64,000 nucleotides of DNA from Candidatus Lloydbacteria bacterium. GTDB lineage: Bacteria > Patescibacteriota > Minisyncoccia > Phycocordibacterales > 21-14-all-47-15. Positions within the stretch are counted from its first letter, which is position 1. Each line of letters begins with the position of its first letter. Location of the stretch: contig JACROH010000001.1 of the NCBI GenBank assembly GCA_016214545.1, positions 189,750 through 253,749 of the forward strand. The letters are read 5' to 3'. Of the stretch, positions 1 to 9,500 are shown piece by piece. The translations under genes and the position numbers were made by a program. Under the pieces are notes generated by a model that had not been told where the DNA came from, did not search any database, and saw nothing but the letters and a program-made list of their open reading frames with translations.

Positions 1-465
1 GGTCAAAACGGAAGCATTATTTTAGACGATTCGTACAATGCTTCTCCGGTCGCGACCGAAGCGGCGCTTGGAACTCTCGCAAGTCTCCGCAAAAATGGAC
101 AGGCGAAAAAAATTGCCGTGCTTGGCGACATGCTTGAGCTTGGGAAATATTCCACCAAAGAACACGCCCGCATCGGAGAACAGGCGGCGAAGACCGCAGA
201 TATGCTCGTTGCCGTCGGCGTGCGTGCAAAAATGATAGCTGAAAGCGCTCTTTCTTCGGGAATACCCGCGCATATGGTGCACGTGTTTGAGGATTCGCGC
301 GAAGCGGGGGAGTTTCTTAAAAAAGTCGTTGGGCAGGGCGATATTATCCTCGTGAAGGGTTCGCAGTCAATGCGCATGGAGCAGGTGGTCCTTTCGCTCA
401 TGAAATATCCCGAAGAAGCGCCGCTTCTTTTGGCAAGGCAAGAAACAGTTTGGAAAGAGAAATAA
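1..465 (+). CDS. murF: UDP-MurNAc-tripeptide--D-Ala-D-Ala ligase MurF, C-terminal part (5' end outside window)
   Basis: Frame 1 is open from nt 1 (GQNGSIILDDSYNASP...). Mur-ligase C-terminal strings DDSYNASP, KIAVLGDMLELG, DIILVKGSQ. Confidence 0.85.
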   Translation, partial: GQNGSIILDDSYNASPVATEAALGTLASLRKNGQAKKIAVLGDMLELGKYSTKEHARIGEQAAKTADMLVAVGVRAKMIAESALSSGIPAHMVHVFEDSREAGEFLKKVVGQGDIILVKGSQSMRMEQVVLSLMKYPEEAPLLLARQETVWKEK

Positions 466-616
466 AATTCACTTGGGGCGCCAGCCCAGGCTCATTCAAG
501 TTACGTTTGACTTTCGACAAAACTTGACAAAAATATTATTTTTTGTACCCTTAAAGACAGAAAATAATGGTGTTTTTTCTTTGTTACTTTAAAACGACAG
601 TGAAAGGTGGTGTACG

Positions 617-1321
617 ATGGTATCATTTAATCTGTTTTTGTTTTTTTCACAGGTTGTGGTCGTTCTCTTTATGTGGTTCGTCGAGAGGCGTTTGAGTACA
701 GAAGGGCTGAAAGAGTGGGGTGGAAGAATTTTCATTACCTCCGTATTATTTGCTCCGTTTAACATTAACGGGGCCATCGTTACCGTGCTGGGAAGTGCGG
801 AGAATCAGAATGGAAGCGTCTATTCCGTTGCCTCTTTATTTCAAAGCGGAACAAAAGATACCGTTTCACTTTTGTTCTCCGGGTACCAACACGCAGGGCA
901 AAACGCTTCGGTGGTTCTTGGAGTTTCCGGGTATCAAGAGGCGGGACGAAACGCCAATATTGGCGTAGGTGTGTCCGTATACCAGAATGCAGGACGGCGG
1001 GCTCTTGTTCTTTTGGGCGTTTCCGGGTATCAGTATGCAGACCAAGATGCTGTCGTAATAATTGGAGTTTCCGCGTATCAGCATGCAGGCCGTGAAGCTG
1101 ATGTGGCGGCTGGCGTTTCAGGGTATCAGTATGCGAGAGATGAAACCGTTTTTGGCCTTGGTGTCTTTGGATACCAACAGACGGGAGGGGGTGCCGTCGC
1201 GATATTCAGTGTCTCTGGATATCAAGAGGCGGGGGAGCGTGCCATTATGATAATCGGCGTCTCTGGATACCAAAAAGACAAAAGTGGCGAGAAATTATTT
1301 GTTTTCCCATCGTCATTTTAA
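617..1321 (+). CDS. N-terminally anchored tandem-repeat protein (about 9-10 units of 16 aa, consensus SGYQxAGxxAxVxxGV)
   Basis: ATG 617 is preceded by AAAGGTGG. Hydrophobic N-terminus FNLFLFFSQVVVVLFMWF. In-frame 48-nt periodicity. Terminator follows directly. Confidence 0.7.
   Translation: MVSFNLFLFFSQVVVVLFMWFVERRLSTEGLKEWGGRIFITSVLFAPFNINGAIVTVLGSAENQNGSVYSVASLFQSGTKDTVSLLFSGYQHAGQNASVVLGVSGYQEAGRNANIGVGVSVYQNAGRRALVLLGVSGYQYADQDAVVIIGVSAYQHAGREADVAAGVSGYQYARDETVFGLGVFGYQQTGGGAVAIFSVSGYQEAGERAIMIIGVSGYQKDKSGEKLFVFPSSF
878..1276 (+). repeat. In-frame 48-nt tandem repeats encoding the SGYQ units
   Basis: SGYQHAGQNASVVLGV / SGYQEAGRNANIGVGV / SVYQNAGRRALVLLGV / SGYQYADQDAVVIIGV / SAYQHAGREADVAAGV / SGYQYARDETVFGLGV / FGYQQTGGGAVAIFSV / SGYQEAGERAIMIIGV / SGYQK... 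Confidence 0.85.
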
Positions 1322-1333
1322 ATAACAATCTAA

Positions 1334-1367
1334 AATCCCTTGAGGTTTCGACTTCAAGGGATTTTTT
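1334..1367. terminator. Bidirectional intrinsic terminator between the repeat-protein gene and rnr
   Basis: TCCCTTGAGG-TTTCGA-CTTCAAGGGA hairpin with an A-run upstream and a T-run downstream. Confidence 0.8.
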
Positions 1368-1406
1368 ATACGGTACTTATCTCATAGTCTAGTCGATCTC
1401 GCGCAA

Positions 1407-3350
1407 TCACACGATAACGAAATCAATCGTCTTTCGTTTTATGTCGGTGTTTATCACTTTAATTTTGATTGAGTCGCCCAGGCGGTAAGTCTTTTTTGTC
1501 CGTTGTCCGCGGAGGAGGTGCTGTTTTTCATCAAGCACGTAGTAATCATTTTTAAGGGAGCTTAACTTTATCATGCCTTCGGATTTTGTGTCGTTTGTTT
1601 CCGCGTAAATGCCCCATTCGGTGACGCCGGTGATTTTTGCTTCAAACGTGTCGCCCAAGCGCTCGCTCATGTATTCGGTCTGCTTGTATTTAATTGACGC
1701 TCGTTCAGCATCGGTCGCCGTCTGCTCCATGCGTGAAGCATAATCGGCAACGGAACGGAAATGGGCGAGCTCTTTTTCCGATACGCGCTCGCCTTTTAAA
1801 TATTTTTCGAGAAGACGGTGCACGAGCGTATCCGGATAGCGACGGATGGGGGAGGTGAAGTGCGTGTAGTGTTCAAACGCCAAACCGTAGTGGCCGATAT
1901 TATCGGTAGAATAGACCGCTTTTGCCATTGAGCGGAGGGTTGCCATGTTGACGAGCGCTTCTTCGGCGGTGCCCTGCGCTTGGAGGAGAAGGGCGTTGAT
2001 GTCTTTTGATTTTACCTTTCCGTCCTCTTGCTTGAGCGTGTAGCCCAAGGTCTTCAAAAAAAGAGAAAGCTCCTGTATTTTTTCTTGATTGGGTAAATCA
2101 TGGATGCGATAGAGAAACGCCTTTGCCGCGTGCTCGTCTTTTTTCCCTATGAATTCCGCAACCCGTTTATTGGCGAGAAGCATCCATTCTTCAATAAGCT
2201 TGTTGGTCTCAAGGCGCGGTTTTGTATGAATGGCAATCGGCTTGCCCTCGGCATCAAGTTCAAACCGTACTTCGGTTGAATCAAAATCAATGGCGCCTTT
2301 TTCAAAACGTTTTTTCCGTAGATGCCGCGCGATATCGCGCACGGTTTCAAGGGCCGAAGACAGATTGCTCCCGTCGGGCGTGTCCAAAAGAGCCTGCGCG
2401 TCTTCATAGGTGAAACGTTTTGCGGAGTGGATAACCGTCTTTCCGAACCATTCTTTTTTTATGCTGCCGTCTTTAGTGATGGTGAATATGGCAGAAAAAG
2501 CGAGACGGTCTTCGTTGGGGCGAAGGCTGCAGAGGTCGTTTGAGAGACGCTCGGGAAGCATGGGAATGGTGCGGTCTACCAGATAGATAGAAGTGGCTCG
2601 CTTGAGCGCTTCGGTATCAAGGGCAGTTTGTTCACGTACGAAGTGCGACACGTCGGCGATGTGGACACCCACCTCAAATTCGTGCTCGGAGATTTTTTGG
2701 AACGAGAGCGCGTCGTCAAAATCTTTTGCGTCTTTCGGGTCAATAGTGAAGGTCAGCGTTTTCCGCAGGTCGCGGCGTTTGCCTATTTCTTCGTCTGATA
2801 TGCTGCCCGGAAGGGCTTCCGCTTCTTTTTCAACCGGTATCGGGAAGCCGGTATCGAACCCGCGTTCGAGAACAATAGCCTCCATTTCCGTCTCGTTTAA
2901 TCCCGCTTTGCCGATGCGCTTTATGAGCTCTCCTACCGGATTTTCTTTCGGGTCGTCCCATGAAGCGATTTTTACGTACACTTTGTCGCCAGGCGACACC
3001 TGCGTCGCTTGGGCGGGCGGAAGGACGATGTCAATGTACATTTTTTGATTGTCGGGCATGACAAAAAAAACGCCGTTTTCTTCTTTGAGCGTGCCGACAA
3101 ATTGTGTCCGTTCTCGACGGAGGATTTCGGTAATTTCTCCAGATGGGCGCTTTCCTTGGATGCGCGGGAATAGTCTCACTTTTACGCGGTCGCCGTGAAG
3201 CCCCGTATTTAAAAATGCAGGATCGATTTCTACGTCCTGTTCAAATCCTTCTATCGAAACAAAACCGAGTCCTTTGCGGGTAACGGTAAGCACCCCTTCC
3301 GTTTCTCCGGACAGGGTATGTTTTTGCTTGTGTTCGGTATGAGTCTTCAT
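1407..3350 (-). CDS. rnr: Ribonuclease R / exoribonuclease II family (CSD + RNB + S1)
   Basis: RNB strings DPKDAKDFDDALS, IYLVDRTIPMLPERLSNDLCSL, HYGLAFEHYTHFTSPIRRYPD. C-terminal S1-like FEAKITGVTEWGIYAE. Confidence 0.9.
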   Translation of the reverse strand: MKTHTEHKQKHTLSGETEGVLTVTRKGLGFVSIEGFEQDVEIDPAFLNTGLHGDRVKVRLFPRIQGKRPSGEITEILRRERTQFVGTLKEENGVFFVMPDNQKMYIDIVLPPAQATQVSPGDKVYVKIASWDDPKENPVGELIKRIGKAGLNETEMEAIVLERGFDTGFPIPVEKEAEALPGSISDEEIGKRRDLRKTLTFTIDPKDAKDFDDALSFQKISEHEFEVGVHIADVSHFVREQTALDTEALKRATSIYLVDRTIPMLPERLSNDLCSLRPNEDRLAFSAIFTITKDGSIKKEWFGKTVIHSAKRFTYEDAQALLDTPDGSNLSSALETVRDIARHLRKKRFEKGAIDFDSTEVRFELDAEGKPIAIHTKPRLETNKLIEEWMLLANKRVAEFIGKKDEHAAKAFLYRIHDLPNQEKIQELSLFLKTLGYTLKQEDGKVKSKDINALLLQAQGTAEEALVNMATLRSMAKAVYSTDNIGHYGLAFEHYTHFTSPIRRYPDTLVHRLLEKYLKGERVSEKELAHFRSVADYASRMEQTATDAERASIKYKQTEYMSERLGDTFEAKITGVTEWGIYAETNDTKSEGMIKLSSLKNDYYVLDEKQHLLRGQRTKKTYRLGDSIKIKVINTDIKRKTIDFVIV

Positions 3351-3459
3351 ATCAACGTTAGATTATCATGGGAGTGGCAAAAAAAGAAATGTAACCACGG
3401 AGAGACTTTTGCGGCAAGTCAATCTTGTTCCGATTTGAATCGGAGACTATACTAAAGAA

Positions 3460-4065
3460 ATGAAAAGCAAGAAAAATAAAAGTCCGGAACGAATCGTTGA
3501 CTTCCTTTTTGAAGTGGGGATTTTGTCCAAGACGCCGCGCAGCGGTTTTTATTTTTTGGGCAGCGGAGAACAGAGTGTGGCCGAGCATCTGAATCGTACC
3601 ATGTTTATCGGCTATGCCCTCGCCATGCAGGAGAAAAATGTCGACACAACCAAAATATTGAAAATGTGCCTGTTTCATGATTTGCCCGAGGGAAGGACCT
3701 CTGATTTGAATTATGTGCACCAGAAATATGCGAAGGTGAATGAAAAAAAAGTGGTGGACGACATGACCGAAACACTGCCGTTTGGGGACGACATAAAAGC
3801 GATGTGGGAAGAATACGAAGAGCGAAAAACACGCGAGTCTGTTATCGCCAAAGACGCGGATAATCTGGAATGGATGTTGTCAATGAAAGAGCAGCTGGAT
3901 ACCGGCAATACGCGGGCAGAAGAATGGATTCACATTGCCGCAAAGCGCCTCAAAACGGAAAATGCAAAAAAGCTCGTGCCGGCGATTCTCAAAACTAATT
4001 CCGACCATTGGTGGTTTAGCGACAAAAGCGACGGCTGGTGGGTAAACCGAAATAAAGAGAAGTAA
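3460..4065 (+). CDS. HD-domain phosphohydrolase (YfbR-like 5'-deoxynucleotidase family)
   Basis: H..HD..D pattern: SVAEHLNR, LFHDLPEGRTSDL, KDADNLE. Confidence 0.7.
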   Translation: MKSKKNKSPERIVDFLFEVGILSKTPRSGFYFLGSGEQSVAEHLNRTMFIGYALAMQEKNVDTTKILKMCLFHDLPEGRTSDLNYVHQKYAKVNEKKVVDDMTETLPFGDDIKAMWEEYEERKTRESVIAKDADNLEWMLSMKEQLDTGNTRAEEWIHIAAKRLKTENAKKLVPAILKTNSDHWWFSDKSDGWWVNRNKEK

Positions 4066-4076
4066 AAAGGGGTGTT

Positions 4077-4105
4077 TTGACAAAAAACATGCCTATTTGT
4101 ATATT
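4077..4105 (+). promoter_or_regulatory. Sigma-70-type promoter for the small membrane protein gene
   Basis: TTGACA (4077-4082), 17-nt spacer, TATATT (4100-4105). The inverted repeat TATTGC/GCAATA overlaps the -10. Confidence 0.6.
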
Positions 4106-4161
4106 GCACCTAGGCAATATAAACGGTCCGTCTTTTAAATTTTAAAGAGGAGGGATTTGGC

Positions 4162-4368
4162 ATGTGGATGAATTTACTTTGGTGGGTTCTCGCGGTAATT
4201 GTTTGGGATTTTATCGGGTGGTTCATCACAGTTGTTTTTGTACGATTACGTGGGTATGATGCCATCGTCTTCATGACTGGTAATTCAACGAGTTTAGACT
4301 GTCTTTATTTTACGGGAACGATATTAGGACCATTCTCTGTTATTTTTTTCTTGATAGCCCTGCTGTAG
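4162..4368 (+). CDS. Small (68 aa) two-TM membrane protein, unknown function
   Basis: AGAGGAGGG RBS lies 8 nt upstream of the ATG. Two hydrophobic segments. A consensus promoter lies upstream and a CCCCGAG/CTCGGGG hairpin plus T-run downstream. Confidence 0.55.
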   Translation: MWMNLLWWVLAVIVWDFIGWFITVVFVRLRGYDAIVFMTGNSTSLDCLYFTGTILGPFSVIFFLIALL

Positions 4369-4494
4369 AGAATACCCCGAGCGCTCACTAATTAACGAGT
4401 ACTCGGGGTTTGTATTTTGCCCAAAAAATTATAGACGGTTAAGCCACACGATAAAAAATTGACCAAGTTGCGTGCCTCTGCTATTATTCATCCT

Positions 4495-4881
4495 ATGTTA
4501 AAAATCAGACTACAACGCGTTGGACGCAAGCACGACCCGTCATTTCGGGTTGTTTTGACCGACTCTCGGCGCGGGCCAAAAAGCTTAAAGCATATTGAGA
4601 CGCTCGGCTCGTATGACGCGCGCGGTGGGCGAACCCCAGCATTGAAAGGAGAGCGTATTACTCATTGGATTGGGAAAGGAGCCCAGGTTTCCGACACGGT
4701 GCACAATCTTTTGGTAAAAACCAAAGTAATTCGCGGAAAAAAAATCCCCGTAGCGTCTAAGAAAAACGTCGGCAAGAAACAAGAAGAGGCGCAGGCGACC
4801 GTAGCCGCTTCGGCTCCGGAAGCGGTGAACGCGTCTGATGTTGCCGTAGCAACAGAAGAAACAAAGGCGGTTGAAGCATAA
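4495..4881 (+). CDS. rpsP: 30S ribosomal protein S16 with Lys/Ala-rich C-terminal extension
   Basis: MLKIRLQRVGRKHDPSFRVV is the canonical S16 N-terminus. The ORF-track start at 4459 is an upstream TTG; ATG 4495 is preferred. Confidence 0.9.
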   Translation: MLKIRLQRVGRKHDPSFRVVLTDSRRGPKSLKHIETLGSYDARGGRTPALKGERITHWIGKGAQVSDTVHNLLVKTKVIRGKKIPVASKKNVGKKQEEAQATVAASAPEAVNASDVAVATEETKAVEA

Positions 4882-5010
4882 CTATTGCAATCGCGCGCGA
4901 TGCTTGATTGACACTGGTGTCTCGAAAGGGTATATTATCCATTAAGGCAATTTGGGTTAGATGAATTGCTCCATTACAAGCTCATTACAAGCATAGCTGA
5001 ACGTACTATT

Positions 5011-5319
5011 ATGCAAAAAGATCAGGAATTTCTTGAGTTCGTTATCAAGTCGCTCGTTGACCATCCGGAAACGGTGAAAGTGAATCGGAACGTTGATGAA
5101 ATGGGGGTTCTCTTGACGCTCGATATTCATCCCGAAGATATGGGAAAAATTATCGGACGAAAAGGAGCAACCGCGAAATCAATTCGAACCTTGCTCCGTG
5201 TCGTAGGAATGAAAAACAACGCACGGGTGAATTTGAAAATCAACGAACCGGAAGGAGGCCGAGGGCCGCGAATGGCGGATATGTCAGTTGAACAGGCAAT
5301 GGAAGATTTGAAAATCTAA
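5011..5319 (+). CDS. KH-domain RNA-binding protein (YlqC/UPF0109 family)
   Basis: GKIIGRKGATAKSIRTLL (GxxG KH loop). Sits between rpsP and trmD as in many bacteria. ATG 5011 is preferred over the track start at 4966. Confidence 0.8.
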   Translation: MQKDQEFLEFVIKSLVDHPETVKVNRNVDEMGVLLTLDIHPEDMGKIIGRKGATAKSIRTLLRVVGMKNNARVNLKINEPEGGRGPRMADMSVEQAMEDLKI

Positions 5320-5336
5320 TCATATCTCTTAAAAAC

Positions 5337-5377
5337 AAAAACTCTCCGCACAACCGTTCGGGGAGTTTTTGTTTTTT
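5337..5377 (+). terminator. Intrinsic terminator after the KH-domain gene
   Basis: 11-bp stem AAAACTCTCCG / CGGGGAGTTTT followed by TGTTTTTT. Confidence 0.75.
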
Positions 5378-5474
5378 CATGAACTACGAAACGCTTTCTT
5401 CACCATGAGTTTCATAACTTACAAAAAATTGTTTTCTTCTTTTAAATTTGCCAGTATATCTTTATACTAAACAC

Positions 5475-6116
5475 ATGCTTACCTATCACATCATTACGCT
5501 TTTCCCGGACATGATACGCGCCTATACCGACGCGTCTATTGTCGGGCGCGCGCAGGAGAGGAAAAAAATAAGTGTGAAGGTATACAATCCGCGCGATTTT
5601 ACTCGCGACAAACATAAAAGAATCGATGGCCGGCCGTATGGAGGCGGCCCCGGCATGGTGATGCAGACGGAGCCTATTTTGAAGGCGGTAAAGAAAGCCC
5701 TCGGGAATAAAAAGGGTAAAAAAGTAAAAATCATTATGCTTTCACCGAATGGAAAGCAATTTACCAACAAGACGGCTCTTAGCTTTTCAAAAAAATATAC
5801 CGACATTATTTTTATTGCCGGTCGATATGAAGGTATTGATGCGCGTGCGAAAAAAATCCTCAAAGCGGAAGAATGGTCTAGCGGGCCCTATATCGTTACC
5901 GGCGGGGAATTGCCAGCGCTCGTAATGGTAGACGCCATTACGCGGCAAATTTCAGGTGTGCTCGGCGAAGATCTGTCAGTGGAAGAAAAACGTATTGCCG
6001 GAAAAGAAGTGTATACGCGTCCTGAAACTTTTGTCTATGCAGGCAAAAAATATTCGGTGCCGAAAGTGCTTCGCTCCGGTCATCATGAAAAAATAGACCA
6101 ATTTCGCAAGAAATGA
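5475..6116 (+). CDS. trmD: tRNA (guanine37-N1)-methyltransferase
   Basis: ITLFPDM, YGGGPGMVM, IAGRYEGIDAR. ATG 5475 is preferred. Confidence 0.9.
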   Translation: MLTYHIITLFPDMIRAYTDASIVGRAQERKKISVKVYNPRDFTRDKHKRIDGRPYGGGPGMVMQTEPILKAVKKALGNKKGKKVKIIMLSPNGKQFTNKTALSFSKKYTDIIFIAGRYEGIDARAKKILKAEEWSSGPYIVTGGELPALVMVDAITRQISGVLGEDLSVEEKRIAGKEVYTRPETFVYAGKKYSVPKVLRSGHHEKIDQFRKK

Positions 6117-6150
6117 AAACCCCCGCCGGATACTATCGGCGGGGTTTTTG
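6116..6150 (+). terminator. Intrinsic terminator after trmD
   Basis: CCCCGCCG-GATACTAT-CGGCGGGG followed by TTTTTGTTTT. Confidence 0.85.
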
Positions 6151-6211
6151 TTTTGTGGTTGGTGCCGCTAGTTGGTCTAAGTTATCCACAATCGGATTGA
6201 CAAATAAAAAT

Positions 6212-6240
6212 TTGACAAAAAATCGCTCCTAAGCTACACT
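6212..6240 (+). promoter_or_regulatory. Sigma-70-type promoter upstream of the rpoB leader
   Basis: TTGACA (6212-6217), 17-nt spacer, TACACT (6235-6240). Confidence 0.55.
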
Positions 6241-6396
6241 TTGTGCATATCAATGGAGATTGAGTTTTGGGAGCGGATTGATAGGCAGTAGTAAATGCGC
6301 TTTGCCGACCAAAGAAAACTAGGAGGTTTCTTTATGTCGGAAAGGCAAAAGCATTTTGTTACCTCGCATACTCAAATAATTTTTATACTTTCAACG

Positions 6397-6433
6397 GAAA
6401 ACCTTTTTTAAAAAAAGGCGGTTTTCTTTTTTT
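6397..6433 (+). terminator. Terminator/attenuator hairpin inside the rpoB leader
   Basis: GAAAACC...GGTTTTC stem enclosing CCTTTTTT/AAAAAAGG, followed by 7 T. Lies 100 nt upstream of the rpoB ATG. Confidence 0.6.
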
Positions 6434-6535
6434 GATGTATCGGAGGGTAGCAGACGCATCGTACCATTATCAATAATTAGGAGATTCGCTGAAGCGACTC
6501 GCGCCTTGTCGGGCTTGTATTTATATTTATTTTCT

Positions 6536-9500
6536 ATGCAAAAAAAATATTTTTCGAAGTATCGCCCGCCGCTTATCACGTTGCCCAATTTGGTGCAAAC
6601 GCAGGTTGATTCATATAAGTGGCTTCTTGATGCCGGTTTAAAAGAGCTTTTCATGGAGTTTTCGCCGCTCAACGATTACACCGGAGACAAATTCACTCTT
6701 GAATTTTTGTCGGTGGAAGTGGGGGAGCCGAAGCATGACGAATTTTACGCAAAAGAAAACAAAATGTCATACGAAGCCCCGCTTCGTGTGAAAGTGCGTC
6801 TGACCAACAAGTATCTAAAGACGGCCAAAGAACAAGAAATGTTTTTGGCTGATTTTCCGCTCATGACCAAGCATGGAACGTTCGTTATCAACGGCGTTGA
6901 GCGTGTCGTGGTGCCTCAGCTTGCCCGAAGCTTCGGCGCGTTCTTTACGCTGCAAGAATTGAAAGGAAAGCCCTATTTTGGCGCAAAAATAATTCCTGCC
7001 CGCGGAGCATGGATTGAAGTCGAGTCGGAAGTCGACGGCGCTCTCTATGTGCGCATTGACCGTAAAAGAAAATTTACCGCGACGGCTCTGCTTCGCGCTT
7101 TTGGCAACATCGACTCCGACGAGGATGTATTAAAATTGTTCCACGGAAATGAGCTCGCCCAGGCGGTGGTGAAAGCAACCTTGCATAAGGATTCGGCAAA
7201 GACCGCCAACGAAGCCTATATCGAAATCTATAAAAAATTGCGCGACGGAGAGCTCGCTTCTGCGGCAAACGCCCGCGACTTTTTCAAAAATATTTTCAGC
7301 GCGGAACGGTATGACATGTCGCGCGTAGGGCGGTTCCGTTTCAACAAGCGTTTTGGGAAAGGAATGTCTCAAGGTGATATGGAAAGGACGACCATTTCAG
7401 TGGATGACATTGCCACTATTGTTGCGCATATTGTTACACTGAATAATACGCCGGGAGCGCAGGAAGACGATATTGACCACTTGGGTTCGCGCCGCGTCCG
7501 TGCCGTGGGAGAAATGATGCAGCAAAAACTCCGCGTCGGGTTGTCACAAATAAAACGACAAATTCAAGACCGAATGTCCACCATCGACCAGGATTCAACC
7601 TTGCCGATTCATTTTATCAATGCGCGTCCGCTTCAAGCGCGAATGAAAGAATTCTTTACGACAAACCAATTGTCGCAATTTATGATGCAGGAAAATATCC
7701 TGTACGAAATTGAACACTTGCGCCGTCTTTCCGCGCTTGGCCCCGGAGGGCTCACTCGTGAACGCGCCGGTTTCGAAGTGCGCGACGTGCACCCGTCTCA
7801 TTATGGCCGCGTATGTCCTATTCAAACGCCGGAAGGCCCGAACATCGGTCTTATTCTGACGCTCTCTTCGTATGCCCGCGTGAACGATTTCGGCATCATT
7901 GAAACGCCGTATGTCAAAGTGGATAATGGAAACATTACCGGAAAAGTAGAATATATGAACGCTCTGGAAGAAGAAAGTTTTAACATTGCGCACGCGGCTA
8001 TTCCATACGAAAACAATGTCATTCGTGAGGACATGGTTGAGGTACGTTCAGGCGGACGTCCGAAAATGGTTCCCAAGAAAGAGGTGCACTATATCGACGT
8101 TGCGCCAAACCAGGCATTTTCTATCGCGGCTTCGACCATTCCTTTCTTGGAGCACAACGATGCGAACCGAGCACTCATGGGTTCAAACATGCAGAAACAA
8201 GCGACACCATGTGTCGTGCCGGAAGCGCCTATTGTGGCAACCGGAGTTGAAGAAATGGCAGCAAAAGACAGCGGAAGAATTATTGTCGCCGAAGAAGACG
8301 GTGTCGTGCATGCTGCCGATGCGCGCAAAATCGTTATTCAAAACAGCAAAGGGAAAGAGACCGCCTATCCGCTTGTTACTTTTTCTCGTACAAACGGCTT
8401 TACCGCGTTTCATCAGCGTCCGTCGGTTGATGTCGGAGAGAAAGTGAAAAAAGGAGCGATTCTTGCCGACACTTCTTCGTCTGATCGCGGGCAGATCGCT
8501 TTGGGGCAAAATGTCCGTGTCGCGTTCATGTCATGGAGCGGTGCAAACTATGAAGACGCGATTATTCTTTCTGAACGATTGGTAAAAAACAGCAAATTCA
8601 CAAGTATCCACATGGATGAGTTTGTCGTCAATGTTCGCGATACAAAATTGGGACCGGAAATCACCACGCACGATATTCCGAATGTCGGAGAATCAAAATT
8701 GAAAGATTTGGATGAAGACGGGGTGGTCCGTATTGGAGCCGAAGTGCGTCCAAATGATATTTTAGTCGGGAAAATTACGCCGAAGGGCGAGACGGAATTG
8801 ACGCCTGAAGAGCGTTTGCTCCGCTCTATTTTCGGAGAAAAAGCGCGTGATGTGAAAGATACGTCGCTCCGCATGGAGCACGGCAAGCAGGGCCGAGTAG
8901 TCGGCGTGAAGGTTTTTTCTCGCGAGCGCGGCGACCAGCTGGAATCGGGCATTATCAAGCGCATTCATATTGAAGTGGCGCAGCTGCGAAATGTTTCCGT
9001 GGGAGACAAACTTGCCGGACGCCACGGCAACAAAGGTGTTATTTCAAAAATTCTTCCTGAAGAAGATATGCCCTATACTGCGGACGGCAATCCGATTGAT
9101 GTTATTCTGACGCCGCTTGGGGTGCCTTCCCGCATGAACCTGGGGCAGATTCTTGAATTGCACTTGGGGCTTGCCGCGAACACTCTTGGGTATCAGGCAA
9201 TCACTCCGACCTTCTTGGGCGCTACCGATAAAGAAATTAAAGAAGAGCTCGTTAAGGCGGGATACCCCGAAAACGGAAAAGTGCCGCTCTATGACGGACG
9301 CACCGGAGAATCTTTTGAGCAGGATATCGCCATCGGATACATGTACATTATGAAGTTGCACCACATGGTGGAAGACAAAATACACATGCGTTCTATCGGT
9401 CCGTATTCTCTCATTACCCAGCAGCCGCTCGGAGGAAAGGCGCAGGGAGGAGGTCAGCGTTTCGGAGAAATGGAGGTCTGGGCTCTTGAAGGATATGGTG

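Noticed and set aside
878-1276. Tandem 48-nt DNA periodicity considered as a CRISPR-like array or VNTR
   Set aside because: The repeats are contiguous with no spacers, in frame, diverged at synonymous and non-synonymous positions, and inside a well-formed ORF. This is protein-coding repeat architecture. No CRISPR array was seen anywhere in the window.
6182-6190. Perfect DnaA boxes TTATCCACA at 6182-6190 and 20952-20960 (possible oriC)
   Set aside because: Two isolated perfect 9-mers 15 kb apart are close to chance expectation for 128 kb of two-strand sequence. They are not clustered, there is no AT-rich unwinding element, and no dnaA/dnaN is nearby.
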